Below, piece after piece: positions 38,831-47,466 of a stretch of DNA of 64,000 nucleotides. Within the stretch, counting starts at the first letter, position 1. Every line of letters starts with the position of its first letter. The notes under the pieces were generated by a model. That model worked only from the letters and a program-made list of their open reading frames with translations. It made no database searches and was not told the origin of the DNA. A program made the position numbers and the translations under genes. Source of the stretch: Candidatus Latescibacterota bacterium (GTDB lineage Bacteria > Latescibacterota > UBA2968 > GCA-2709665). The stretch covers positions 2,880,001-2,944,000 of the forward strand of contig OZ252100.1 of NCBI GenBank assembly GCA_965248435.1. The letters run 5' to 3'.

Positions 38831-39135
38831 ACCTGCAGACAAGGCATTTGCAAGAACCGTGCCCTCTTTCAATCCTCCTGGGGGTTAGACCATCTTTGCT
38901 GCCTAAAGGATTTACTTACCGCTCGTATGAAATAGGGCCTCGGGTCAGCCCAGGAGTGAACTATGAGTTCTCATGGGCGCACAATCTGTTCACCCTAGGG
39001 CCCTACCACCGAATGACACTGCCTTGTTTGGAGGCCCTTGCAACGCCATCTTGAATTGCGTACTTTGACCAGCACGTTTCCTGCTCGGACGTCCCGTAGG
39101 TTCGTCCCATATATTAATGATAAAGGAATAATAAG

Positions 39136-40431
39136 ATGGATCTCAGAAGACAACCTCCCCGCAGACCGTCCAACAAGGGAATCGGGGGAATCGTTGGCAT
39201 CGCTCGGATGGCAGACAAGGCCCGGGCCTACAACGAAGAAACGCTCGGCGACTTTGTCTACGGAGATGACTCGATTCTGGACAAGATCTGTCTGGACTTT
39301 CTCGGGATTACAGCAGATGAGTTTGCTCTTGCGACAAAGAAAAGTGACGACGAAGCCCTCGGAGACTGGGTCCGGAAGACCTCAGGAAAGACGGAGACGG
39401 AGATAGAGGAGTTCAATCGTCACCATCTCGCACGCGAACCGGAGGATGAAGTCCAGCGGCAGCGTCTGAAAGATCGTGTCTCCCGCTACGCGCCTGAACG
39501 CACTGACATCAGGACCATATTCGATTCCATCGACCTGGATGACTGGGGGTCATTCCGAGACGTCGACCTCGGGCTGCGTGCACCTCGCTCGCCCTTCTTC
39601 CGCGACGTTGCGGGCATCTATGGCATCGCTCGCATGTCGGACAAAGCGCGTGCGTCCAAGGCGGATCGGCTTGGTGATTACATGTACAATTGCCCCATCG
39701 ATAAGGCCATCCTGGAGTTTCTGGGCTTTTCAGCTGACGAATTTCGAGAAGCTGCCTATCAGAATCTCAACGACGAGGAGCTTGGGGCATGGGTCCTCGG
39801 AGAGACGTCCAGGGGTCGAAACGAAATCCCGGCCTTCAACGCCGGTTTGAGGCACATGGGACCGGACACCGAGGAGAAGCGCGAGAAGTTCAGGAAGGCG
39901 GTCGAGGAAATCGCACCGGGCCGTGCGGAAATCACGACCCATTTTGATCGGCTCGACCTCGACGACGAGCACAGCTTCCAAACGGTCGATCTCTCGCGAC
40001 ATCCCCCTCGGAGCCCGTATGATACCTCCGTCGGGGGAATTGCCTGCCTCGCCAGAACCATAGACAAGGGGCGAGCCAACCTTTCTGATACCCTTGGGGA
40101 ATACTGGTACGGACAGGATTCCGGTATCGACCGCCGTCTCCTCGAATTCCTCGAGCTCACTGTCGAAGCATTCGAAGAAGCGCTGAAGGGCACCTCGACA
40201 GACGCCGACCTCCTTGAACGGATTAGCGTCCCGAACGGGAAGTCCGAATCCGAGATCGCCGACTTCAACGATACAATCACCAGGCTTGGACCTGCAGACG
40301 AAAAGGTTTGGACCTGGTTCCGAAGACAGATCTCCCAGTTGGACTCCTCCCGCACGGACGCTACGACCTACTTCGAGCTGATGCTGCTGAGCGACCAGAT
40401 TACATTTGCACGCCTGAAGGCAGGAGTGTGA
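39136..40431 (+). CDS. Protein of three tandem DUF5069-like domains
   Basis: Three ~143-aa units: DL..PRxP...G+..+ARxxDKxRA...LG[DE][YF]...LxFL...EIxxFN...F[DE]. Confidence 0.8.
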   Translation: MDLRRQPPRRPSNKGIGGIVGIARMADKARAYNEETLGDFVYGDDSILDKICLDFLGITADEFALATKKSDDEALGDWVRKTSGKTETEIEEFNRHHLAREPEDEVQRQRLKDRVSRYAPERTDIRTIFDSIDLDDWGSFRDVDLGLRAPRSPFFRDVAGIYGIARMSDKARASKADRLGDYMYNCPIDKAILEFLGFSADEFREAAYQNLNDEELGAWVLGETSRGRNEIPAFNAGLRHMGPDTEEKREKFRKAVEEIAPGRAEITTHFDRLDLDDEHSFQTVDLSRHPPRSPYDTSVGGIACLARTIDKGRANLSDTLGEYWYGQDSGIDRRLLEFLELTVEAFEEALKGTSTDADLLERISVPNGKSESEIADFNDTITRLGPADEKVWTWFRRQISQLDSSRTDATTYFELMLLSDQITFARLKAGV

Positions 40432-40437
40432 GGCCTC

Positions 40438-41499
40438 GTGATGGCAGTGGACCCGAGCGAACCGGTTGAGATTCCCATAGACGGGACGCTGGACCTGCAC
40501 ACCTTTCATCCCAGAGACACGAAAGATCTTGTCTGTGACTACATCGACGCGTGTCTTGAAAGGGGAATCCGCGATGTGCGCATTATTCACGGAAAGGGAA
40601 CAGGAGCACTCAGGCGGACCGTTCACGCCGCCCTGAATAAGAACCCCGCGGTGGCGTCCTATCACCTCGCAGGAGAAGATGGCGGGAGCTGGGGCGCAAC
40701 GCTCGTCACACTGACTCGCGAAGTGCCCGATATCCAACTCGTCAACTTCCTGAAGGCCAGCGAGCGGATTCTGGCCTTTGTCGGAGCAGGCATCTCCACC
40801 TCCAGCGGCATTCCTGATTTCAGGGGGCCCCAGGGCATCTGGACGAAACGCAGGCCGATCTACTACCAGGACTTCATGACATCCGAGCGCGCAAGGAGCG
40901 AGTACTGGCAGCAGAAGCTGGAGGACTGGGAGCTTATCCGGGAAGCGCAGCCGAATGCGGTCCACAAGGCGCTCGTCAGACTCGAAGAAGCCGGAAAGCT
41001 CGAAATGCTCGTCTCCCAAAACATCGACGGCCTCCATCTCAAGGCCGGAACATCCTTCGAGCGCCTCGTGGAGCTTCACGGGACCGTTTCTCAAGTAGAG
41101 TGTCAATCCTGCGGGGCGCGCAGCGATCCCGAACCCCATCTGGACGCCTTTCGAAAAGACCGGGTCGCCCCCGACTGCAGCTGTGGCGGCTATCTGAAGT
41201 CCGCGACGATCAGCTTTGGCCAGAATCTGAAGGAGGCGGATCTCCAGCGCGCTATGGCCGCGGCCGAGAGGGCCGACTCGGTCATTGCCCTGGGATCGAC
41301 CCTTTCAGTCACCCCTGCGGCCTCCTTTCCTCTGGTCGCCGCGCAACGCGGCGTTCCCTACACCATCATCAACAAGGGACCTACGGAACACGACGGCGAA
41401 CCGGACGTGAACCTCCGCCTGGAAGGGGACGTGACAGAGATCTTTCCTCCAGCAGTGGAGGCAGCGCTCCAAAGCGATGCCGCCCGGCTCTCTGCTTAA
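40438..41499 (+). CDS. Smr/MutS2-C domain fused to Sir2/CobB-family NAD-dependent deacylase
   Basis: Smr: LDLHTF, IIHGKGTGALR, GSWGATLV. Sirtuin: GAGISTSSGIPDFRG, SQNIDGLH, HG, CxxC...CxC, GSTLSV. Confidence 0.88.
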   Translation: MMAVDPSEPVEIPIDGTLDLHTFHPRDTKDLVCDYIDACLERGIRDVRIIHGKGTGALRRTVHAALNKNPAVASYHLAGEDGGSWGATLVTLTREVPDIQLVNFLKASERILAFVGAGISTSSGIPDFRGPQGIWTKRRPIYYQDFMTSERARSEYWQQKLEDWELIREAQPNAVHKALVRLEEAGKLEMLVSQNIDGLHLKAGTSFERLVELHGTVSQVECQSCGARSDPEPHLDAFRKDRVAPDCSCGGYLKSATISFGQNLKEADLQRAMAAAERADSVIALGSTLSVTPAASFPLVAAQRGVPYTIINKGPTEHDGEPDVNLRLEGDVTEIFPPAVEAALQSDAARLSA

Positions 41500-41961
41500 C
41501 TCACGGGCGGTTTTACCAGGAGTTTTTTTGGACGCAGCCACGAACCAGTATCAGGGCGACATCCTCATTGTTGACGATACCGTTGCCAACCTCAGGGTCC
41601 TTTCGGAAATGCTCGAGTCCGAGGGATACGAGGTGCGCGCTGTTCCACAGGGAAAAATGGCGCTCACGGTCGCTCAGGCGGCGGCTCCTGACCTCGTCCT
41701 TCTGGATATCAACATGCCGGACATGAACGGGTTCGACGTCTGTCGCGAACTGAAGAAGGATGAAAGGACGAAAGACATTCCCGTAATCTTTATCAGCGCT
41801 TCGGATGATCAGCAAAGCAAGGTTCAGGCCTTCGATGAGGGAGGGGTAGACTATATCACCAAGCCCTTTCAGATCGGTGAGGTGGCCGCACGCGTCAAGA
41901 CCCACCTCACGATCCAGCGGCTCAACAACGAAATGAGAAAGATGAGCAGCGAATTCGAAAA

Positions 41962-43016
41962 GCTGGATTCAATGACTAAGTGCAACACTTGGACTTGAAG
42001 ACTTCAGCTGGTGTTTTGAAGTTAAGACATTTTCTTGGTCGGTTGTTGATCCGGTTCTGAATTTTCTTTAACTCGTGTTTGCTGACCTTTGAGAAGTCTG
42101 TCTTCTTGGGGAGGTATCTGCGGACCAGACCGATAGCGTTTTCCACAGCGCCTCGCTCCCAGCTGTGGAACGGTTTGCAGAAATAGGATTTGGTGCCAAG
42201 CACCTCGTTGACCCGTTGATGTTGGCCGTTTTCGGATCCGTTGTCATATGTGATGCTCTTCCTCATGTGGGGAGGATGTCGCCCAAGGCGTCGATTAATC
42301 GCTTCGGCGACCTCCGAGGGTCCGTTCTTTGCCAGCTTAGCCAGGTGTAGGTATCTCGACGATCGCTCAAGACAAGCGCCAACGGCCTGTTTGCTCTCAC
42401 GAGAGATGATGGTGTCGGATTCCCAGTGGCCAGGTTGTTTCCGTTTTTCGATGTAACGGGGACGTCGATCGATCGAAATACGGCCTGGAATGTGGCTTTC
42501 CCGGTGTTTTCGGGTATGCCACCGCGGCTTTCGTTTTTTGTGAGCTCGGGATAAGCAAGCAACCAGATCCCGCTGCTTGTGCACCTTTGGATCGTAGATA
42601 TACTGGTAGATGGCTTCGTGGCTGATACCCGCGCTCGGACGCTCCTCGGGAAGCCTCCCAGCGATCAACTCGGGAGACCATCCTTGCTTGAGTTTGGTCT
42701 CGACATATCGCCGGATAACCGGATTCTTCAGCCGTTTCCGCTTGCCGGCCTCCCGCTTACGTTTCTCAGCCCTTCTGTGAGCCTGGAGGCCCGAGTAACT
42801 CTCAGCTATCGGGGACGGATTACGTTTCAACTCTCTTGAAATCGTGCTGGCGCTCCGGTCAAGGGCCTTGGCAATATCTCTAAGGCTTGCACCAGTGGCT
42901 CGACAAAGCGCAATCTGCTCGCGTTCGTCTATCGTAAGATGCTTGTAATTGTTTCCCATACACTTAGGATAGGACAGTTGCTACCCTAAGTGTTGCACTT
43001 CCTTATTGAACTCGGG
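41962..43016 (-). mobile_element. IS30-family insertion sequence (~1055 bp)
   Basis: Inverted repeats TTCAATGACTAAGTGCAACACTT / TTCAATAAGGAAGTGCAACACTT; AAA duplicated at 41959-41961 and 43017-43019. Confidence 0.9.
41976..42959 (-). CDS. IS30-family transposase
   Basis: YKHLTIDERE HTH, STISRELKRN, WSPELIAGRL, GHWESDT, TYDNGSE, WERGAVEN, NNRPRKCL. Confidence 0.95.
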   Translation of the reverse strand: MGNNYKHLTIDEREQIALCRATGASLRDIAKALDRSASTISRELKRNPSPIAESYSGLQAHRRAEKRKREAGKRKRLKNPVIRRYVETKLKQGWSPELIAGRLPEERPSAGISHEAIYQYIYDPKVHKQRDLVACLSRAHKKRKPRWHTRKHRESHIPGRISIDRRPRYIEKRKQPGHWESDTIISRESKQAVGACLERSSRYLHLAKLAKNGPSEVAEAINRRLGRHPPHMRKSITYDNGSENGQHQRVNEVLGTKSYFCKPFHSWERGAVENAIGLVRRYLPKKTDFSKVSKHELKKIQNRINNRPRKCLNFKTPAEVFKSKCCT

Positions 43017-43144
43017 AAAGCGAGTGAAGGAGCGAGTGGCAGATCTTCTCGCTCAGCGCAGAAAAGGGCCTACCTCGTGAGTCTCTCGCTGTCCTACGAT
43101 CATCGTGAAGGAATTCAGGCTGGAAGTCACACAGGAGAGTTGAC

Positions 43145-44143
43145 TTGCGAACGACATTGGCCCTAACCCTTATGCTGACCGCTTTAGTCTTCGGTTCGGC
43201 GTCCGCCCAGGAGACGATTATCCGCGGATTCACGGACGTGGGCTTCAAGGCCTCTGACAGGTCCGGGGACCACGCCTCCTTTGCTTTCGGCGAATACGAC
43301 CTGTTCATAACCTCGGAAATCACGGACCGAATCAGGATGCTCGGTGAGACGACATTCGAAAATGAGGGTGGAGAGTTCGATCTACAGGTGGAACGCGTGG
43401 CGGTCAAGTACACCTGGAACGTGAACCTGAATGTGGAGATCGGGAAATTTCACACGCCCGTCGGGTACTGGAACGAGGCGTATCACCACGGGCGGGTCTT
43501 TTGGCCGACGACCGGACGCCCCTTGATATTCGGAGGCGTTCTGCCCATCCACACGACCGGAATTCTCTTGTGGGGAGATCACCTGGGCAAACTCGACTTC
43601 AGCTATGATATCCTGATTGGGAACGGTATCGGCGGAACGGACATAAAGGACAACGACGACGTCAAGTCGGTAACGCTGGCCATTAAGGCGAACCCGACGG
43701 AGGAATTCGGTTTGGGTCTCTCCGCATACGTTGACAAAATATCCGAAGGTGTGACGAACAAACAGGGTACCAAGCTGGTTGAAGACCTGGATCAAATTCT
43801 GATCGCCGGAATGGCAGTATATACTGATGATCCTTTCCAGTTCATGGGAGAATTCGTCCGGGCGATGAACAAAACTTCCTCGTCGGGTACCGCAACAACG
43901 AACAGCTTCTACGGTTATGCGGGCTACAGAACCGGCAAGACGGTTCCCTATGCACGGTTCGACCGACTTGATTTCGACGACGACGAACCCTATTTCAAAC
44001 CTGAAGACACCACGAGTTTTACCTTCGGCATTCGCTATGAGTTCAGCTATCTGGCCGTGATGAAGCTCGAGTTCCAGACCCTCGACCGAACGTCCGTGAA
44101 GAGGGTCAACTCCTTTGCCCTGCAGATGGCCATCGGATTCTGA
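43145..44143 (+). CDS. Outer-membrane porin-like beta-barrel
   Basis: Signal peptide; IGKFHTPVGYWN; alternating beta strands; C-terminal QMAIGF. Confidence 0.75.
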   Translation: MRTTLALTLMLTALVFGSASAQETIIRGFTDVGFKASDRSGDHASFAFGEYDLFITSEITDRIRMLGETTFENEGGEFDLQVERVAVKYTWNVNLNVEIGKFHTPVGYWNEAYHHGRVFWPTTGRPLIFGGVLPIHTTGILLWGDHLGKLDFSYDILIGNGIGGTDIKDNDDVKSVTLAIKANPTEEFGLGLSAYVDKISEGVTNKQGTKLVEDLDQILIAGMAVYTDDPFQFMGEFVRAMNKTSSSGTATTNSFYGYAGYRTGKTVPYARFDRLDFDDDEPYFKPEDTTSFTFGIRYEFSYLAVMKLEFQTLDRTSVKRVNSFALQMAIGF

Positions 44144-44153
44144 GGCACCTTTG

Positions 44154-44600
44154 ATGCTCCTACGATCCCTTGTTGCGATCCACTTTCTCATCCCCTTTGC
44201 AGTCAACGCTGCCTCCCTGTCCGAGGGTCGACTCGCGGTCGTCGCGAACGAGAGCGGGGCACCGGAGGCCTTGACCGTTCGCGAGTTGAAGGCCGTCTTC
44301 AAAGGAGAGAAACAGCGGTGGTCCGACCGGACAAAGATTACGCTGGCGCTGACGAAACCATCTATACCGTCCGGTGAACAGATCATCCAGAAACTCTATG
44401 GAATGGACCGGGATGCCTGGAATAAGTACTGGCTTATCCAGGTGTTCCGTGGAAGGACGAACCCGCCCAAATACTTCGAGACCGAAGAACTGCTCCAGTC
44501 ATTCGTCTCCCGAACTCCGGGGTCCATCGGCATCGTCAGATCGCAAGTGGCAGGGGGTGCAATGCGCCGAGTCCTCGTCGAGGGTCAACAGACCTGGTAG
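44154..44600 (+). CDS. Small periplasmic binding protein-like (phosphate-PBP-like) protein
   Basis: Signal peptide; AVVAN...LKAVFKGEKQRW...YWLIQVF...FVSRTPGSIGIV. Confidence 0.7.
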   Translation: MLLRSLVAIHFLIPFAVNAASLSEGRLAVVANESGAPEALTVRELKAVFKGEKQRWSDRTKITLALTKPSIPSGEQIIQKLYGMDRDAWNKYWLIQVFRGRTNPPKYFETEELLQSFVSRTPGSIGIVRSQVAGGAMRRVLVEGQQTW

Positions 44601-44606
44601 CGGGAG

Positions 44607-46799
44607 GTGACCCCCATCCGATCCGATCTGATAATGTGGTCCTTCAAGAATCTGCCTATCCGCACCAAGATAGCCTCGTTGTTTACGGCCGTTCTGTTCC
44701 TCATCTCGTGTTTTATCTTTTTCTATTTCCCGGCGACACAGAAAGAGCAGGTCACTCGCGCACTTCGTGAGCAGGCCGAACACACGGCTCAGATGCTGGG
44801 AATCGGGGTTTCCATGGCCCTTGAAGAGAGTCAGTACGACTTCGTGAGCCGCACCCTCAACTTGACCCGAGCCGACTCGGCCATCGTATACATCGAAGTG
44901 CGGGACGAGGCGGACACTCCGCTCGTCTCAATCAATCCGAGTTCCGTGGAGATTCCGGTTCACGGCGGAGTCGACAGTCTCGCCACCCTGGAGTCGGACG
45001 GGATGCTCCATACCACCGTTCCGCTTCGGAGCGGAGACATGGTCCACGGCAGGTTGACGATGGGTTACTCCCTGGCGGATCGCGATCGGGAACTGAATCG
45101 GATCCGAATCGCGTGCTTTCTAGTCAGCGCCGGCATCTTCCTGGTCGGCATTCTGCTGTCCGTATACATCGCCCGGTTGATCACGCGCCCGCTGCGCAGC
45201 GTTGTGGACACTGCCGGTGAGATCGGACGGTCGGGTCGCTACGACTCATTTATCGAGAAGACCTCTACCGATGAGGTGGGAACGCTTATCGGCGCATTCA
45301 ACGACATGATCGCGAAGATTCAATCACGCACGGAGGAACTCGAGGATTCGAAAGTCCAGCTCGAAAGGTCGAACACCGACTTGAGTGTCGCCAACGAACG
45401 CGCAGAGCGGGCAAACCAGGCAAAGAGCGCGTTCCTTGCCAGCATGTCTCACGAGCTCCGGACCCCGCTGAACGCGATCCTGGGATTCTCCCAGCTGATG
45501 AGTCGGGACTCGGACATCACCGAGAGCCGGCGCGAGGACATCGAGGTGATCACCCGAAGTGGAGAGCATCTCCTTGGCCTGATCAACGATATTCTGGAAA
45601 TGTCGAAAATCGAGGCAGGACAGACAGCCCTGAACGAAACGAGTTTCAACCTGCACAGACTGCTTGAAGATATCGAGACCATGTTCCGCCTGAGGGCGGA
45701 GAACAAGGGACTGCAGCTTCTCTTCGAGATCGAGGACACGCTCCCCCGCCACATCAGGACGGACGAAGCGAAACTCCGCCAGGTGCTCATCAACCTGATC
45801 GGCAATGCATTGAAGTTTACCGTTGAGGGAGGCGTGATCGTGCGGGCAGGAGAGAGTCCCGATCCGGAATCCGATCGGATCAGATTCGAGATCGAGGATA
45901 CGGGCCCCGGTGTCCCGCCGGAGGAGCTGCATGCGCTATTTCAGGCGTTCGGGCAGACGGAGACGGGGAAGAAGTCCACAGAGGGAACCGGTCTGGGGCT
46001 CCCGATCAGTCAGAAGTTTGTTAGCTTGATGGGAGGGGAAATCACAGTCAAAAGCGAGGTGAACCGGGGGACGGTGTTTGCGTTTAGTGTTCAGTTCGCC
46101 CAGGCCCTGGCCGAAGAGGTCGTCCAGGAGACGAAGCCCGCAAAAGTCATCGGCATCGAGCCCGGTCAGCCCGTACATCGCATTCTGATCGTGGAAGACC
46201 GGCCCGACAACCGTAGGCTGCTCGTCAAGATGCTCAGTCCCATGGGGTTTGACGTGAAAGAAGCGGCGAACGGGAAAGAAGGTGTGGAGCTGTGGGAATC
46301 GTGGGACCCGCACTTGATCTGGATGGACATGCGCATGCCGGTCATGGACGGATTCGAGGCCACGCGGAGGATCAAGGAGGGTGGGAAGGGCAGGGAAACC
46401 ATCGTCGTGGCGCTGACTGCAAGTGCGTTCGAGGAGGATCGTTCAGCCATAATGGCAACCGGATGCGACGTTTTCCTTCGAAAGCCGGTCCGAGAACGTG
46501 AGATCTTCGATACCCTCACTGACAAGCTTGGCGTCAAGTTCCTCTACGATGGGGAGGATGGTGAAATCAGTGTCGAGGGTAAGTCGTTCGACCTGTCGCC
46601 TGAGTCGTTCGCCGAACTCCCCGATCGGTGGGTCAGGGACCTCCACGAAGCTTCGACGATGGCCGACTCGGGGCAGGTAAAGCGTCTCCTGGAGCAGATT
46701 GAATCGGGCCATTCGAACCTTTCAGAAGCGGTGACCCGGTTGGTCAATGATTTTCAGTTCGCCAGAATCATGGAACTCACCCGGGTGGAATCAGACTGA
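44607..46799 (+). CDS. Hybrid sensor histidine kinase (2 TM, HAMP, HisKA, HATPase, receiver)
   Basis: FLASMSHELRTPLNAI, NLIGNALKFT, DTGPG, GTGLGL, IWMDMRMPVMDG. Confidence 0.93.
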   Translation: MTPIRSDLIMWSFKNLPIRTKIASLFTAVLFLISCFIFFYFPATQKEQVTRALREQAEHTAQMLGIGVSMALEESQYDFVSRTLNLTRADSAIVYIEVRDEADTPLVSINPSSVEIPVHGGVDSLATLESDGMLHTTVPLRSGDMVHGRLTMGYSLADRDRELNRIRIACFLVSAGIFLVGILLSVYIARLITRPLRSVVDTAGEIGRSGRYDSFIEKTSTDEVGTLIGAFNDMIAKIQSRTEELEDSKVQLERSNTDLSVANERAERANQAKSAFLASMSHELRTPLNAILGFSQLMSRDSDITESRREDIEVITRSGEHLLGLINDILEMSKIEAGQTALNETSFNLHRLLEDIETMFRLRAENKGLQLLFEIEDTLPRHIRTDEAKLRQVLINLIGNALKFTVEGGVIVRAGESPDPESDRIRFEIEDTGPGVPPEELHALFQAFGQTETGKKSTEGTGLGLPISQKFVSLMGGEITVKSEVNRGTVFAFSVQFAQALAEEVVQETKPAKVIGIEPGQPVHRILIVEDRPDNRRLLVKMLSPMGFDVKEAANGKEGVELWESWDPHLIWMDMRMPVMDGFEATRRIKEGGKGRETIVVALTASAFEEDRSAIMATGCDVFLRKPVREREIFDTLTDKLGVKFLYDGEDGEISVEGKSFDLSPESFAELPDRWVRDLHEASTMADSGQVKRLLEQIESGHSNLSEAVTRLVNDFQFARIMELTRVESD

Positions 46800-46859
46800 C
46801 TGGGTCTTTTATGTGTCGGGTGAGGCCGCCCTCATTAGGTCCGAAACTCAAGAGAGAAT

Positions 46860-47399
46860 GTGATGTCCGATCCCAAACAGCTTCCTCATTTGCTGAAGCT
46901 CCTCGATGACGATTCTGAAACCGTCAGCGAAATGGTGACAGAAGCCCTGGCCGCATTCGGTCCCGGCCTGGAAGACGAGCTGTCGAGGCTGGAAGAGCCA
47001 CCTGGTGAAAACGAAATCAACCTCATTCGTGAACGATTGAAGCGGTACGAGGCTCGATCCGATAACGCGCCCGTGGGGCCGGTGTGCGCAGGGGCCCTGT
47101 TCGAGCCCGGTCAGCTGGTCAGACACAGGCGATACGGATACAGGGGCGTGGTGGTGGCATTCGATCCCGCCTGTCAGGCAGATGATGACTGGTACCTGGC
47201 CAACCGGTCCCAGCCGGATCGAGACCAGCCCTGGTACCACGTCCTGGTTCACAACTCCACGCAAGTGACTTACGCAGCGCAGAACAGCCTCCTGGAGGAC
47301 GACTCCGAGGAAGAGGTGACGCATCCATTCGTTGAACATTTCTTTTCCCGATTCCAGGATGGATTCTACATTAGAAACGACCGTCCCTGGCCGGAGTGA
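46860..47399 (+). CDS. HspQ/YccV-like domain protein with N-terminal helical extension
   Basis: GQLVRHRRYGYRGVVV...PWYHVLV...TYAAQNSL...HPFV. Confidence 0.8.
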   Translation: MMSDPKQLPHLLKLLDDDSETVSEMVTEALAAFGPGLEDELSRLEEPPGENEINLIRERLKRYEARSDNAPVGPVCAGALFEPGQLVRHRRYGYRGVVVAFDPACQADDDWYLANRSQPDRDQPWYHVLVHNSTQVTYAAQNSLLEDDSEEEVTHPFVEHFFSRFQDGFYIRNDRPWPE

Positions 47400-47466
47400 T
47401 CAGACAAAGGACTCGCCATTTGTTCCCTGTCAGACATCTCCCATAAACTCGAGAGGACACTCGACC

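Larger units (their letters stand above)
41528..43080 (+). pseudogene. Response regulator (receiver plus short coiled coil) interrupted near its 3' end by IS30
   Basis: ILIVDD, DLVLLDINMP, KPF. Removing 41962-43016 and one AAA copy restores ...EFEKRVKERVADLLAQRRKGPTS*. Present ORF ends at 41998. Confidence 0.8.

Noticed and set aside
40429-40440. TGA readthrough or selenocysteine joining DUF5069x3 to Smr-Sir2 (same frame)
   Set aside because: No SECIS-like hairpin seen, and a usable SD (AGGAG/GAGG) precedes the downstream GTG/ATG; same-frame adjacency has a 1-in-3 chance.
39730-41139. Long antisense ORFs (e.g. 39730-41139, 8175-9203, 43382-44386, 29080-30027)
   Set aside because: Shadow frames opposite well-supported genes in GC-rich DNA, with no recognisable motifs.
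40438-41499. Sir2 domain as an anti-phage NADase (Thoeris/DSR type)
   Set aside because: It has the Zn-binding CxxC...CxC module and GIPDFRG/QNIDGLH motifs of classical deacylase sirtuins, and no defence-gene neighbours.
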